Source of the DNA: Magnetococcales bacterium
GTDB lineage: Bacteria > Pseudomonadota > Magnetococcia > Magnetococcales > JADGCL01
DNA length: 64,000 nt
Assembly: GCA_015229005.1 (NCBI GenBank)
Contig: JADGCL010000001.1
Coordinates: 50,216-114,215, forward strand
Direction of reading: 5' to 3'
The translations under genes and the position numbers were made by a program. Shown here piece by piece: positions 1 through 9,081 of this stretch. Below the pieces are notes generated by a model. The model was not told the DNA's origin. It saw nothing but the letters and a program-made list of their open reading frames with translations, and ran no database searches. Positions within the stretch are counted from its first letter, which is position 1; every line of letters begins with the position of its first letter.

Positions 1-680
1 CGGTCTCGGTTCTCCACTATCGTGACGCCGGTTTTCTTCCCGAGGCGGTCAACAACTATCTCGTCCGCCTTGGCTGGTCCCACAAAGACCAGGAGGTCTT
101 CACCATGGAGGAGATGATCCGCCTCTTCGAAATCGGTGAAGTCGGTCGCTCGGCGGCGATCTTCGATCTGGCCAAGCTGGAATGGCTGAACGGCCAGCAT
201 CTTCGGGCAGCGTCCCCGGAGCGGCTCGCTCCCCTCCTGGTCGAGGCCCTGCAACGGCAGGGGATCGCCAATCCCGACCCCGGCCTTGCCAAGGCGGTAC
301 TGCCGCAGTTCGTCGAACGGGCCAAGACCCTTGTCGAGATGGCGGAAAAGGCCCGGTTCTATTTTCTGGAGGCCCACCCCGAGTTCGATCCGGCGGCTGC
401 GGCGAAACACCTGACCCCGCCCATGGCTCCCCCTCTGCAAGAGTTGCGCGCTCTCCTTGCCGATGCCGATCCTTGGGATGTGACCACGGTAGAGGCCCAT
501 TTCCGCACTGTACTCGAACGGCATCACTTGAAGACCGGACAATTGGCGCAACCGGTGCGGGTCGCCCTGACCGGGGGTACTGTCTCGCCGGGTATCTTCG
601 AGGTGTTGCACTGCCTGGGGAGGGAGACCTCCCTGGCCCGACTCGACAAGGCCATCGCCTTTCTGTCCCGACCGGGGTAA
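1..680 (+). CDS. gltX: glutamyl-tRNA synthetase, C-terminal part (5' end outside window)
   Basis: Frame 3 is open from nt 3. The translation reads ...LHYRDAGFLPEAVNNYLVRLGWSHKDQEVF... and continues into ORF 105..680. This matches the end of the GluRS catalytic core plus the anticodon-binding domain. Confidence 0.85.
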   Translation, partial: VSVLHYRDAGFLPEAVNNYLVRLGWSHKDQEVFTMEEMIRLFEIGEVGRSAAIFDLAKLEWLNGQHLRAASPERLAPLLVEALQRQGIANPDPGLAKAVLPQFVERAKTLVEMAEKARFYFLEAHPEFDPAAAAKHLTPPMAPPLQELRALLADADPWDVTTVEAHFRTVLERHHLKTGQLAQPVRVALTGGTVSPGIFEVLHCLGRETSLARLDKAIAFLSRPG

Positions 681-713
681 CCCGCTGCAACCCGCTTCGG
701 GTGAACCTCGCGG

Positions 714-762
714 TTGGAGATCGATCGGGTCGACGGCTTCGAGCGGCATTGGAGATCGATCG
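714..762. repeat. 14-nt direct repeat TTGGAGATCGATCG (714-727 and 749-762) upstream of ampG
   Basis: Two exact copies read directly from the sequence. Each contains the palindrome GATCGATC. They lie in the gltX-ampG spacer. Confidence 0.5.
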
Positions 763-826
763 TGAATGGTTTTATTAGTCACCTTGGCAAGGGTGATCGG
801 GCTCTCCGGTCTGAGTGGGAGACGCC

Positions 827-2161
827 ATGACCAGGAAGTCCGGCTGGGGAGAAGCCCTGGCTGTCTATCGCCACCCGCGGGTCGTGGCCATCCTCTTTCT
901 GGGCTTCTCCAGCGGGCTGCCGTTGGCGCTGACGGTGGGGACGCTCTCACTTTGGCTTGCCGAGGTGGGGGTCACCAACACGACCATCGGTCTCTTTGCC
1001 CTGGCGGGGACCCCCTATACTTTCAAGTTTCTCTGGTCGCCATTGGTCGACCGGATGCCGATCCCTTTTCTCACCCGGTGGTTTGGTCGACGCCGCGGGT
1101 GGGCGCTGGCGACACAGCTTGCCCTGGTGGCGGCAATTGTCGGTCTCGGCAACAGCGACCCGGCTGTCGCACCTATGACCACGGCCCTCTTCGCCCTGAT
1201 CACCGCCTTCTGTTCCGCGAGCCAGGATATCGTTATCGATGCCTACCGGGTCGAGATCCTGGAGGAGCGTCAGTTCGGCGCCGGAGCGGCGATGATCGTC
1301 CTTGGCTATCGCCTGGGTATGCTCGTCTCCGGGGCTGGGGCGCTCTATCTGGCGACCGCAGCCGGCTGGCAGGTCACCTATCTGGTCATGGCAGCCTTGG
1401 TGGGGGTGGGCATCCTGGCGATTCTCCTCAACCCCGAACCGGAAGCCTCGGTTCGGGTGATGGGGAGGGCATCCGAAGCGGAACCCATCGGTATTGCCGC
1501 GACCCGCCCCGCCCCCTGGAGTCGGCGGCTGATGGCCTCCCTCAAGCTGGCGGTGATCGATCCCTTTGCCGAATTTCTTCGCCGTCCAGGCTGGGGGCTC
1601 GTGCTGCTGTTCATCCTGCTCTACAAGTTCGGGGATGCCTTGGCTGGGGTGATGAGCAATCCCTTCTATCTGGACCTTGGGTTCAGCAAGATCGAGATTG
1701 CCAACGTTTCCAAGGTATTCGGTCTGACGGCCACCATCGTCGGCAGCGCCCTCGGGGGAGTGCTGGTGAGCCGTATCGGCATCATGAGGAGCTTATGGTA
1801 CGGGGGATTGTTGCAGATGGGGTCCAACCTCACCTTCGTTCTCCTGGCCGAAGGGGGACGGGATTTGACCTATCTGACCTTGGCGATCGCCATCGAAAAC
1901 ATCAGCGGCGGGTTGGGGACAGCCGCCTTTGTCGCCTACCTTTCGGCGTTGTGTCATGTGGCCTACACGGCGACCCAATATGCCCTTCTCTCCTCCTTCA
2001 TGGCATTCGGGCGGACCCTGCTTGCCTCCGGGGGTGGGTGGCTCTCGGAGCAGATGCCTTGGTCGGATTTTTTCTGGACCACGGCGGCAGCGGCCCTGCC
2101 CGGATTATTGCTCCTCCTGTGGATGCGGCGACGCTACCCTCCGGATGCGGAATCGGTTTGA
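827..2161 (+). CDS. ampG: AmpG-family muropeptide/MFS permease
   Basis: The N-terminus (RHPRVVAILFLGFSSGLPLALTVGTLSLWLAEVGV...LFALAGTPYTFKFLWSPLVDR) is typical of AmpG, and the protein is multi-TM. ATG at 827 is preceded by GGGAGA; the ORF track begins at GTG 815. Confidence 0.8.
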   Translation: MTRKSGWGEALAVYRHPRVVAILFLGFSSGLPLALTVGTLSLWLAEVGVTNTTIGLFALAGTPYTFKFLWSPLVDRMPIPFLTRWFGRRRGWALATQLALVAAIVGLGNSDPAVAPMTTALFALITAFCSASQDIVIDAYRVEILEERQFGAGAAMIVLGYRLGMLVSGAGALYLATAAGWQVTYLVMAALVGVGILAILLNPEPEASVRVMGRASEAEPIGIAATRPAPWSRRLMASLKLAVIDPFAEFLRRPGWGLVLLFILLYKFGDALAGVMSNPFYLDLGFSKIEIANVSKVFGLTATIVGSALGGVLVSRIGIMRSLWYGGLLQMGSNLTFVLLAEGGRDLTYLTLAIAIENISGGLGTAAFVAYLSALCHVAYTATQYALLSSFMAFGRTLLASGGGWLSEQMPWSDFFWTTAAAALPGLLLLLWMRRRYPPDAESV

Positions 2162-2180
2162 CTTCCCGGGATACTCTCCA

Positions 2181-2681
2181 ATGATGGACTCCCTCCTCAT
2201 CAGTGCCGATCCCGATGACCTCGCCAGGGAGCGGCAGAAGGCCAAGATCCTCAAGCGTTCGCAGTGGTGGAAGGGACGCCTGGGGCAGGGCAAGTGCCAC
2301 TATTGTGGCAGACGTTTTTCCCCGCGCGAACTGACCATGGATCACATGATTCCCTTGATCCGAGGGGGTGAGACGAGCCGCCGCAATTGTGTCCCGTCCT
2401 GTGTGGAATGCAATCGCCAGAAACAGAATCTCCCACCGGGGGAATGGAAGGGACGGTTGGAGCAGCTGCGGGAGATGACCGGAGAGGATTCCTCCTCGGG
2501 GCAGGCCTGCGTTCCCAGCCCGAAACCGCCCCGGCAACACGGGGAAGCCGAGGCAGGGAAAATGGAGGTCGCGAAATACAGCGGCAGCACTCAGCCTGAA
2601 CCAGGTCACGCGAAGCGGGAGAGGCGCCCTCGAGAAGAGGAGGGGGGGGGCTCCGGAGAGAGTTCCGGAGGATCAGCCTGA
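2181..2681 (+). CDS. HNH endonuclease with a Gly/Glu/Ser-rich tail
   Basis: CHYCGRRF...LTMDHMIPLIRGGETSRRNCVPSCVECNRQK is a Cys4/HNH motif. Start taken at MMDSLL (2181), inside the longer track ORF 1929..2681 that overlaps ampG. Confidence 0.7.
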   Translation: MMDSLLISADPDDLARERQKAKILKRSQWWKGRLGQGKCHYCGRRFSPRELTMDHMIPLIRGGETSRRNCVPSCVECNRQKQNLPPGEWKGRLEQLREMTGEDSSSGQACVPSPKPPRQHGEAEAGKMEVAKYSGSTQPEPGHAKRERRPREEEGGGSGESSGGSA

Positions 2682-2887
2682 TCGGAGTGGGGGGCAGGCG
2701 CTCTTTCCCGGGACTGAAACAGGAGACACGGCTCCCCCGAGGCCTGCAGCACCTGTTGCGAGGGCATGAGGCGGCTCTTGAACCCCATGGCACGGCATCC
2801 CCGCGGATGATCCGGATCCCAGGTCACATGGAAGAAGCGGCAGGTGAGACAATCCCCCCCGCCCTTCCTGGTGGCATCGCTGTCCAT
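2606..2887 (-). CDS. small Cys-containing hypothetical protein (CxxC...C...C)
   Basis: MDSDATRKGGGDCLTCRFFHVTWDPDHPRGCRAMGFKSRLMPSQQVLQASGEPCLLFQ resembles, from memory, a small conserved proteobacterial family. No clear RBS is present, and the 3' end overlaps the HNH tail. Confidence 0.3.
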   Translation of the reverse strand: MDSDATRKGGGDCLTCRFFHVTWDPDHPRGCRAMGFKSRLMPSQQVLQASGEPCLLFQSRERAPAPHSDQADPPELSPEPPPSSSRGRLSRFA

Positions 2888-3052
2888 GGGCGATGACCAT
2901 GCAAAAAAGAGGCCGCTGCCGCAAAAACCCAACCGCAAGCGAGGAGACGCCCACGCCACCGCAAGCTGGGAGACGCCCATGCCATCGGGAGAGGCGGGTT
3001 CAACCTGCGGGCCACCGACCCGCAGGTTGAATCCCGGAGACCGCTGCCGTCA

Positions 3053-3454
3053 TCATGCTGTGAGATCGATGATGGAGCGCACCCCGTTGCCCTTCTCGTT
3101 GCCACCGGAGGCACTCTCGCTGGCGGGGGCTCTGACCGCGGCACTGAGAAAGAACTGTGTGACCGCCTGCTGTGTCTGGCTCACCCGTTCCTGTCCGGCC
3201 TCGACGGCCTCCTTGAGCGGAGAGGGCTTGGCGGGGCCGAAACCCGACCTTGTCCCTTCCTTGGCTCTTGCCCGCTCTTTGCGTTCACGTGTCTCGGTGT
3301 TGTCCGCCCCCTCCTTGGACTCCTGGACATTCACCGATGACGCCTGTTCCCCGTTGTTGGTACGAATATTCTCTGCCACCCTGGCATGGCTCGACTGCTC
3401 TTGCAACGGGTTGGAAATCCCGAGCAGACCGGTTGCCGGCAAGGAATTGATCAT
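3053..3454 (-). CDS. hypothetical protein (133 aa, charged/low complexity)
   Basis: The ATG is preceded by a strong GGAGGT 5 nt upstream on the minus strand. No family was recognised. Confidence 0.4.
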   Translation of the reverse strand: MINSLPATGLLGISNPLQEQSSHARVAENIRTNNGEQASSVNVQESKEGADNTETRERKERARAKEGTRSGFGPAKPSPLKEAVEAGQERVSQTQQAVTQFFLSAAVRAPASESASGGNEKGNGVRSIIDLTA

Positions 3455-3759
3455 GGCTCACCTCCGCAGCTTACACGTTACCCTGATCTCCTCATCGGCA
3501 GCACCTTCCCTGGGGTTGAGCCCTTTTCTCACCCCTGGGGCATTTTTTTCCCGAGGAGGCCGTGGCCCGCACGCATCCCCGTCGATCCGGACCGTAATGG
3601 GGAGATGCCCAACCAGACTGTGATAGGGAGAGGCCCAAGGCTGGGTGGGCCGAGTCGATTAATTGAATCCCTCCCGCGATTTCTTTATCCTTGCCGGGGG
3701 TGGCAGCGCATGGCCACCATTCCCCGATCGCCCCTGGCCCAACCTGACGGAACCCGCTT

Positions 3760-4413
3760 ATGCCCTTGGCCCTGTTCGACCTGGACAACACCCTCATTGC
3801 CGGTGACAGCGACTACCTGTGGGGCCGTTTCCTCTCCCAACGGGATGGCAGGGACGGTCCCGCCTATGAAATCAGAAACCGACAATTCCTCCGGGAGTAC
3901 GAACAAGGAAGCCTCGACATTCACGCCTACCTTGCCTTCCACCTGGGATATTTGGCCCGGAAAGAGATGACGCAGCTTCTCGAGTGGCGCCGGATCTTTT
4001 TGGAGGAGATCATCTCACCGCTGGTTCTGCCCAAGGGGGTAAGCCTGGTGGAGGAACATCGTCACCGGGGAGACACCCTGGTGATCATCACTGCCACCAA
4101 CCGGTTCGTGACCGAGCCGATCGCCGCCCTCTTCGGCATCGAGACCCTTCTTGCCACCGAGGTCGAGATGGTCGATGGCCGCATCACCGGGGTCTCTCCG
4201 GGGGTGCCTTGTTTTCGTGAGGGCAAGGTGACCCGTCTCCGGGCCTGGATGCAGGCCGCTGGTCACGGGCTCAGCGGAAGCCATTTCTACAGTGACTCCC
4301 ACAACGATCTCCCGCTCCTTGCCCTGGTGGAACGACCGGTGGTTGTCGACCCTGACCCGAAACTTGCCGATCACGCCAAACGTCGGGGCTGGCCGATTTT
4401 GAGCCTTCGTTGA
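3760..4413 (+). CDS. HAD-IB family hydrolase (phosphoserine-phosphatase-like)
   Basis: N-terminal LFDLDNTLIAGDSD is HAD motif I. VIITATNRF is motif II. YSDSHNDLPLL is motif IV. Confidence 0.8.
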   Translation: MPLALFDLDNTLIAGDSDYLWGRFLSQRDGRDGPAYEIRNRQFLREYEQGSLDIHAYLAFHLGYLARKEMTQLLEWRRIFLEEIISPLVLPKGVSLVEEHRHRGDTLVIITATNRFVTEPIAALFGIETLLATEVEMVDGRITGVSPGVPCFREGKVTRLRAWMQAAGHGLSGSHFYSDSHNDLPLLALVERPVVVDPDPKLADHAKRRGWPILSLR

Positions 4414-4415
4414 CC

Positions 4416-4910
4416 TCAGCCGCCGAAGGCTTTTTTGTGCAGTGCTTTGGCCAGAGCGTGGTTCATCTCCTTTTGTCGGACCAGAGCCTGGTTGGTCTCC
4501 TCCAGGCGACGCACGACAATCTCGATCAACTGTTGTTTGACCTTGACCTGGAGGACGGGATCCAGTCCCTCTCTTTCCATGGTCTGACCGTCTACCCGGA
4601 AGGTGGTTACCTCACCTTGGGCGACGATGTTTGTCGAACGCTGGCGATGGGTAAGAAAGGAAATTTCTCCCATGACGGCGCCCGGATCCAGGACGGCGAT
4701 GACATTGTTGGGATGGCTCTCCTTGGTTACCGCCACCCGTCCCTGGATCAGGATGAAGAGGGCGTCGTCGGTGCTTCCCTCATGGATCAGGTATTCGCCA
4801 TCCTTGAACGAGGCGAAAAAGCTGTCATTGTCCGCGAAGACCGCACGCTCTTCGGGGGTGAATTCCCAAAAAAAGGGGATCTCTTCCAGAAGCTTCAGGA
4901 GTAGCTTCAT
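4416..4910 (-). CDS. cyclic-nucleotide-binding domain protein
   Basis: The cNMP-binding fold is visible in IPFF...FKDGEYLIHEGSTDDALFILIQGRVAV...GAVMGEISFLT. The start could be 4910 (MKLLL) or 4937. Confidence 0.75.
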   Translation of the reverse strand: MKLLLKLLEEIPFFWEFTPEERAVFADNDSFFASFKDGEYLIHEGSTDDALFILIQGRVAVTKESHPNNVIAVLDPGAVMGEISFLTHRQRSTNIVAQGEVTTFRVDGQTMEREGLDPVLQVKVKQQLIEIVVRRLEETNQALVRQKEMNHALAKALHKKAFGG

Positions 4911-5033
4911 CTCGTATCTCTCCCCTCTGGGAATCACAAGCGAGGTGGCCGGGACTTGGCGAAGGCCGAGGTGACGTGACGAAAAGAAAACGCCACACGG
5001 GCCGGGGAGTCTACCCTTTCAATTGCCTGGGGA

Positions 5034-6146
5034 TCAACCCGGAAGGATGGGGGAGGGGTGCCACCGGCGGATCCATCCTCCCCCGAGCATCCGCCTCTCA
5101 CGATAGAAGACGCAGGCCTGACCGGGGGTGATCGCCCGTTCCCTCTTCTCGAAGCGGACCCGTGCGCACCCCTCCGCGCCTGGTTCGACCCAGGCGGGAA
5201 CGGCTGGTGAAGCGTAGCGGACCCGTGCCTCGATGCGAATGGGAGCAACCAGGGGGGTGTCGTCGATCCAGTTGACACCCTCCAGCTCCAGCGATTCCCC
5301 CTGGAGTGCCTCCTCGGGGCCGACGATCAGGCGGTTTCCGATGGGATCGATCGCCACCACATAGAGGGGGTGGGGAGAGGCGATCCCCAGGCCGCGACGT
5401 TGACCGATGGTGTAGAGGCCGATCCCCCGGTGTTGTCCCAGGCGGCGTCCGCTCAGCTCTTCTATCGGTCCCGGTCGCATGGCGTGAGGCTGGTGGCGGG
5501 CAAAAAAATCCGCATAATCGCCCCCGGGGACAAAACAGAGATCCTGACTTTCGCGCTTTTCGGCCACTGGCAGCGCCAATCGGGCGGCCAGCCGGCGGGT
5601 CTCGTCCTTGGTCAGCTCCCCCACGGGAAAGTGGAGCCGGCGCATCTGGTTTGCCGTCAGGGTAAAGAGGAAATAGGACTGATCCTTGCGGGGATCAACC
5701 CCGCGGAGAAGCCGCGGAATCTCCCTCCCCGTTCGTTCGAGGATGGCGTAATGTCCGGTGGCCAGGGCCGTGGCGCCGAGGCTTTGTACCCTCTCCAGGA
5801 GGATGGTGAACTTGAGAAATTGATTGCAGCGGATGCAGGGGTTCGGGGTTTCCCCCTCCTGGTAACGGTCTATGAAATCGTCGACGACGTGGTGTCGAAA
5901 GGCCGCCTCCAAATCGATCACGGTAAAGGGGATGTCGAGGCAGTCGGCAACTCTCCGGGCATCTTCGAGATCGCGGCTCCCGCAGCAGGCACGATTCCCA
6001 TCCGCACCGGAATCCGCCACGCTCCCGTCCCAGAGCCGCATCGTTACGCCAAAGACCTCGTAACCCTGGGCCTGGAGTCTGGCCGCGGCGACTGCGGAAT
6101 CGACCCCACCCGATAGGGCCACGGCCACCCGTTCGGTGCTGCTCAA
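5034..6146 (-). CDS. mnmA: tRNA 2-thiouridine(34) synthase
   Basis: VAVALSGGVDSAVAA is a PP-loop. CCGSRDLEDARRVADCLDIPF, NPCIRCN and KDQSYFL are canonical MnmA motifs. Confidence 0.9.
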   Translation of the reverse strand: MSSTERVAVALSGGVDSAVAAARLQAQGYEVFGVTMRLWDGSVADSGADGNRACCGSRDLEDARRVADCLDIPFTVIDLEAAFRHHVVDDFIDRYQEGETPNPCIRCNQFLKFTILLERVQSLGATALATGHYAILERTGREIPRLLRGVDPRKDQSYFLFTLTANQMRRLHFPVGELTKDETRRLAARLALPVAEKRESQDLCFVPGGDYADFFARHQPHAMRPGPIEELSGRRLGQHRGIGLYTIGQRRGLGIASPHPLYVVAIDPIGNRLIVGPEEALQGESLELEGVNWIDDTPLVAPIRIEARVRYASPAVPAWVEPGAEGCARVRFEKRERAITPGQACVFYRERRMLGGGWIRRWHPSPILPG

Positions 6147-6256
6147 CGGATCATCCTTCCCCTGACCAAATCGCGACTGTTCACCGAGATCCAGAACCAG
6201 CTAATTCGATCGGACTGATCGGTGTCACAACAAACAAGCATCGCAACGGCTCGTAC

Positions 6257-7348
6257 TCATGGCGCGAACGGCGTCAAATCGAGGCCCGGATCTCGCCCTG
6301 TAACCAGATCGCGAATGATTTCACCGGTGATCGGCGCGAGGAGGATGCCGTTTCGGAAATGGCCGGTTGCGAAGAAGAGTCCCGCCAGCGGCCCCCGACC
6401 GAGGATCGGACGACCATCCCCGGTTGACGGGCGCAACCCTGCCCAGGCCTGATCCCAGCGCGCTTCCCCCAGGGCCGGGACCAGCTCCAGGCCCATGCCG
6501 ACGATCCGGTTCAAACCGGCAGCGGTCACCGCCTTGTCGAATCCCCGATCTTCCAGGGTCGACCCCAACAGGACCCGACCATCGGCGCGGGGGACGACGT
6601 AGCCCTTGTAGCCGTAGACCACGTGCCGGAAGAGTGGCGGGCGGGTGATCCACTGCAGGATCTGCCCGGACATCGGCTTGACCCAGGTACGTAAGGGTGG
6701 CAGGCCGTCGAGCAGGGTACTCCAGGCGCCTCCGGCCACCACCACCACGTCCGCTCCCAGAGTCGCACCCCCCAGGCGAACCCCTTCGACCCGATCCGCC
6801 ACCACCGCCACTCCCTGGACATGGCTTCCCGAGAGGAACTTTCCACCCAGGCGTGCGACCAGGGAAGCCTGGGCCCGGGAGAGGGCCACCGGGTCCACCT
6901 GGTGATCCTCCGGGTAGAAATTGGCCCCCACCATGGCGGTCGTCAGAGCCGGTTCCAGCCGGCGGGCCTCTTCCCGATCAAGGAGTTCGACCCGCAGGCC
7001 CCTGGCCAGCATCCATTCCGCCCGCCCCGCCGCGAGACGCCCTTCCGCCGGATTCAGGGCCACCTCCAGGACCCCCGAGGCCTCGTAGCCGACGGAGATA
7101 TCGGTTGCCTCTTCCAGTTCCCTGGCGAACTGGCGGTAGCGTTCCCGGCTTGCGAGACACAATTCCAGAAACGGCCCGTCCTCCGAGACCTCGGACTGGG
7201 CCCCGAGGATTCCTGCCGCCGCTGCGCTCGATTCCGCCCCGGGCAGAGATCGCTCCAGGAGGGTCACTCGCCAACCCGCCTCCAGCAGGCGGTGGGCGAC
7301 GGCACACCCCATTACCCCGGCGCCGATGATTATCGCGTGTTCAGGCAA
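6257..7348 (-). CDS. thiO: FAD-dependent glycine/D-amino-acid oxidase (ThiO-like)
   Basis: IIIGAGVMGCAVAHRL is a dinucleotide-binding motif. The C-terminal GHFRNGILLAPITG is typical of the ThiO/DAO family. Confidence 0.65.
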   Translation of the reverse strand: MPEHAIIIGAGVMGCAVAHRLLEAGWRVTLLERSLPGAESSAAAAGILGAQSEVSEDGPFLELCLASRERYRQFARELEEATDISVGYEASGVLEVALNPAEGRLAAGRAEWMLARGLRVELLDREEARRLEPALTTAMVGANFYPEDHQVDPVALSRAQASLVARLGGKFLSGSHVQGVAVVADRVEGVRLGGATLGADVVVVAGGAWSTLLDGLPPLRTWVKPMSGQILQWITRPPLFRHVVYGYKGYVVPRADGRVLLGSTLEDRGFDKAVTAAGLNRIVGMGLELVPALGEARWDQAWAGLRPSTGDGRPILGRGPLAGLFFATGHFRNGILLAPITGEIIRDLVTGRDPGLDLTPFAP

Positions 7349-8514
7349 GGCTCTTCTCCCTGGGCCGTTTCGGGTGGATCTCCGGCTCCGACCATGACTC
7401 TACTCAGCTCCCGGCGCATGCAGGTCACCTGACGGCGGCGTTCCGGATCGTAACGGTGCCACTTGGCATCAGGGACCTCGCCTCGGGAAACCGGTCGAAA
7501 ACCGTGGCGTCGAAAAAAATCGACCACCCGCAGATGCGTGGTCACCGCAAAGAGATAGGACAGCCCCGAGCGGGCGCCATCCTCGACGATCCGCTTCAAG
7601 AGGTAGCCGCCGATCCCTTCGCCCTTGAACCGGGTCAAGGCATAGATCCCGGCGATCTCCCCGGCCCTCTCCTCCCGGTAGGGGGTGGTGAGGAGTGCCG
7701 CCAATCCGGCCAGGAAGCCGTCACCGATGAAGGCGCCGTACCCGGAGAGAATCAGTCGTGCTGAATCCTCCGGGCTTCGAGGCAGGAGAAACCCCTCCTT
7801 CTCGCCGCGGCGGATAAGGGCCATGACCGCCGGGGCGTCGTCCCATCCCAAGGGTCTGACCCGGCAATAGTGATGCCGGGAAAAGAAAGTGCCGCTCCCC
7901 TCGAAAGTGAAGAGTTCCCGACCGACCTCTCCCAACCGGCAGAGACTGACGGCCTCGACTCCCCCATCCAGCATTGCCCGGATCGATGTCAGGAACTCCT
8001 GTTGCCGCGCCGCGCCGTTCCCTGTTTCGGGTACCAGGGGTGAATCGGCCAGTTGGGCCGGGTTGAGATAACTGATGAACCTGCCCGAACCATTCGTGAG
8101 ACCTCCGGTGGCCGCCAGGACGATCACCCGGGGCAGCCTCAGCGCAATGGCTGCTGCTGAGGCTGTTGCGAGAAAAGAGTTCGACGGTGCCCCAGCCAGG
8201 GTTACTGCATGAAGCATCGGCGAACCGTGCCTCCAAAGGACCGCCGCCAGGGCCGGATGGGAACTCTCGGGAAGAAGACGGATTGCAGCCCCAGGCAGCA
8301 GCGAGAACTTTTCCCCGACCCAGGAGATGACCCGAGCGTCGTCCGGATGCAGCACCAGCACCCGGACTCCCGCCTTGACCAGTTCGTCGACGACCGCCGC
8401 GAAGCCTTCCGACCCACTCTCTCCGAGACCGCTCTCCTCACCCAGGAAAAAGGTCAGGGTATGGCCGCGAAAGGCACGCAGGAAGAAGGATTTTTCCTCG
8501 AATGGGGTGACCAT
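7330..8514 (-). CDS. N-acetylglutamate-synthase-like protein (amino-acid-kinase fold plus GNAT)
   Basis: The N-terminus FLRAFRGHTLTFFLGE resembles ArgA. The C-terminal GNAT region reads GIYALTRFKGEGIGGYLLKRIVEDGARSGLSYLFAVT. Start taken at MVTPFEE (8514); the track ORF extends to 8643. Confidence 0.6.
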   Translation of the reverse strand: MVTPFEEKSFFLRAFRGHTLTFFLGEESGLGESGSEGFAAVVDELVKAGVRVLVLHPDDARVISWVGEKFSLLPGAAIRLLPESSHPALAAVLWRHGSPMLHAVTLAGAPSNSFLATASAAAIALRLPRVIVLAATGGLTNGSGRFISYLNPAQLADSPLVPETGNGAARQQEFLTSIRAMLDGGVEAVSLCRLGEVGRELFTFEGSGTFFSRHHYCRVRPLGWDDAPAVMALIRRGEKEGFLLPRSPEDSARLILSGYGAFIGDGFLAGLAALLTTPYREERAGEIAGIYALTRFKGEGIGGYLLKRIVEDGARSGLSYLFAVTTHLRVVDFFRRHGFRPVSRGEVPDAKWHRYDPERRRQVTCMRRELSRVMVGAGDPPETAQGEEPCLNTR

Positions 8515-8641
8515 ATCAAGTAGTCCAGAAGCGGCAGACGACCTGCGCTCGAAGGTGAGCGGTGAAGTGAACCGGGAAGGATGAAGGAGCCGTGCCAGGG
8601 GGGCAACCGCAGAGGGGAATGCGGCCGGTTTTGCGAAAGAC

Positions 8642-8676
8642 AAAAAAGGAAACGCCCGAAACCGTGGTCCCGGGCG
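8642..8676 (-). terminator. candidate rho-independent terminator downstream of cspA
   Basis: On the minus strand, a CGCCCG...CGGGCG stem is followed by TTTCCTTTTTTG. Confidence 0.4.
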
Positions 8677-8710
8677 CCTCCCTTCGGCTACACCAGCTTT
8701 GCGTGATGCG

Positions 8711-8923
8711 TCAGTCGGCGATCATCACGTTCGCGGCCTGCAGCCCTTTCTGGCCACGCACCACCTCAAACGAGACCTTCTGTCCCTCGTCGAGGGACTT
8801 GAAACCCTCTGCCTGAATTGCGGAAAAGTGGACAAAAACGTCCTCACCGCCGTCATCCGGGGCAATGAACCCGAAGCCCTTGGAGTTGTTGAACCACTTT
8901 ACCGTTCCGTGCATCTGCGACAT
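8711..8923 (-). CDS. cspA: cold-shock protein (CspA family)
   Basis: [33 protein letters not shown] contains the RNP1 and RNP2 motifs. Confidence 0.92.
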   Translation of the reverse strand: MSQMHGTVKWFNNSKGFGFIAPDDGGEDVFVHFSAIQAEGFKSLDEGQKVSFEVVRGQKGLQAANVMIAD

Positions 8924-9081
8924 TACGTTGACTCCTGCTCGTGGAAAGCCGTTACAAAGAGGCCCGGGAGCCTGATCTGGCCGACTCCCTCCCCCTAATG
9001 GTCAGGCACCATAATTTGGAACCAATCCGGAACGCAAGAAAAAAATTCACGCCCGCCCCTTTTTCCTGCACTTTTCGGGGG

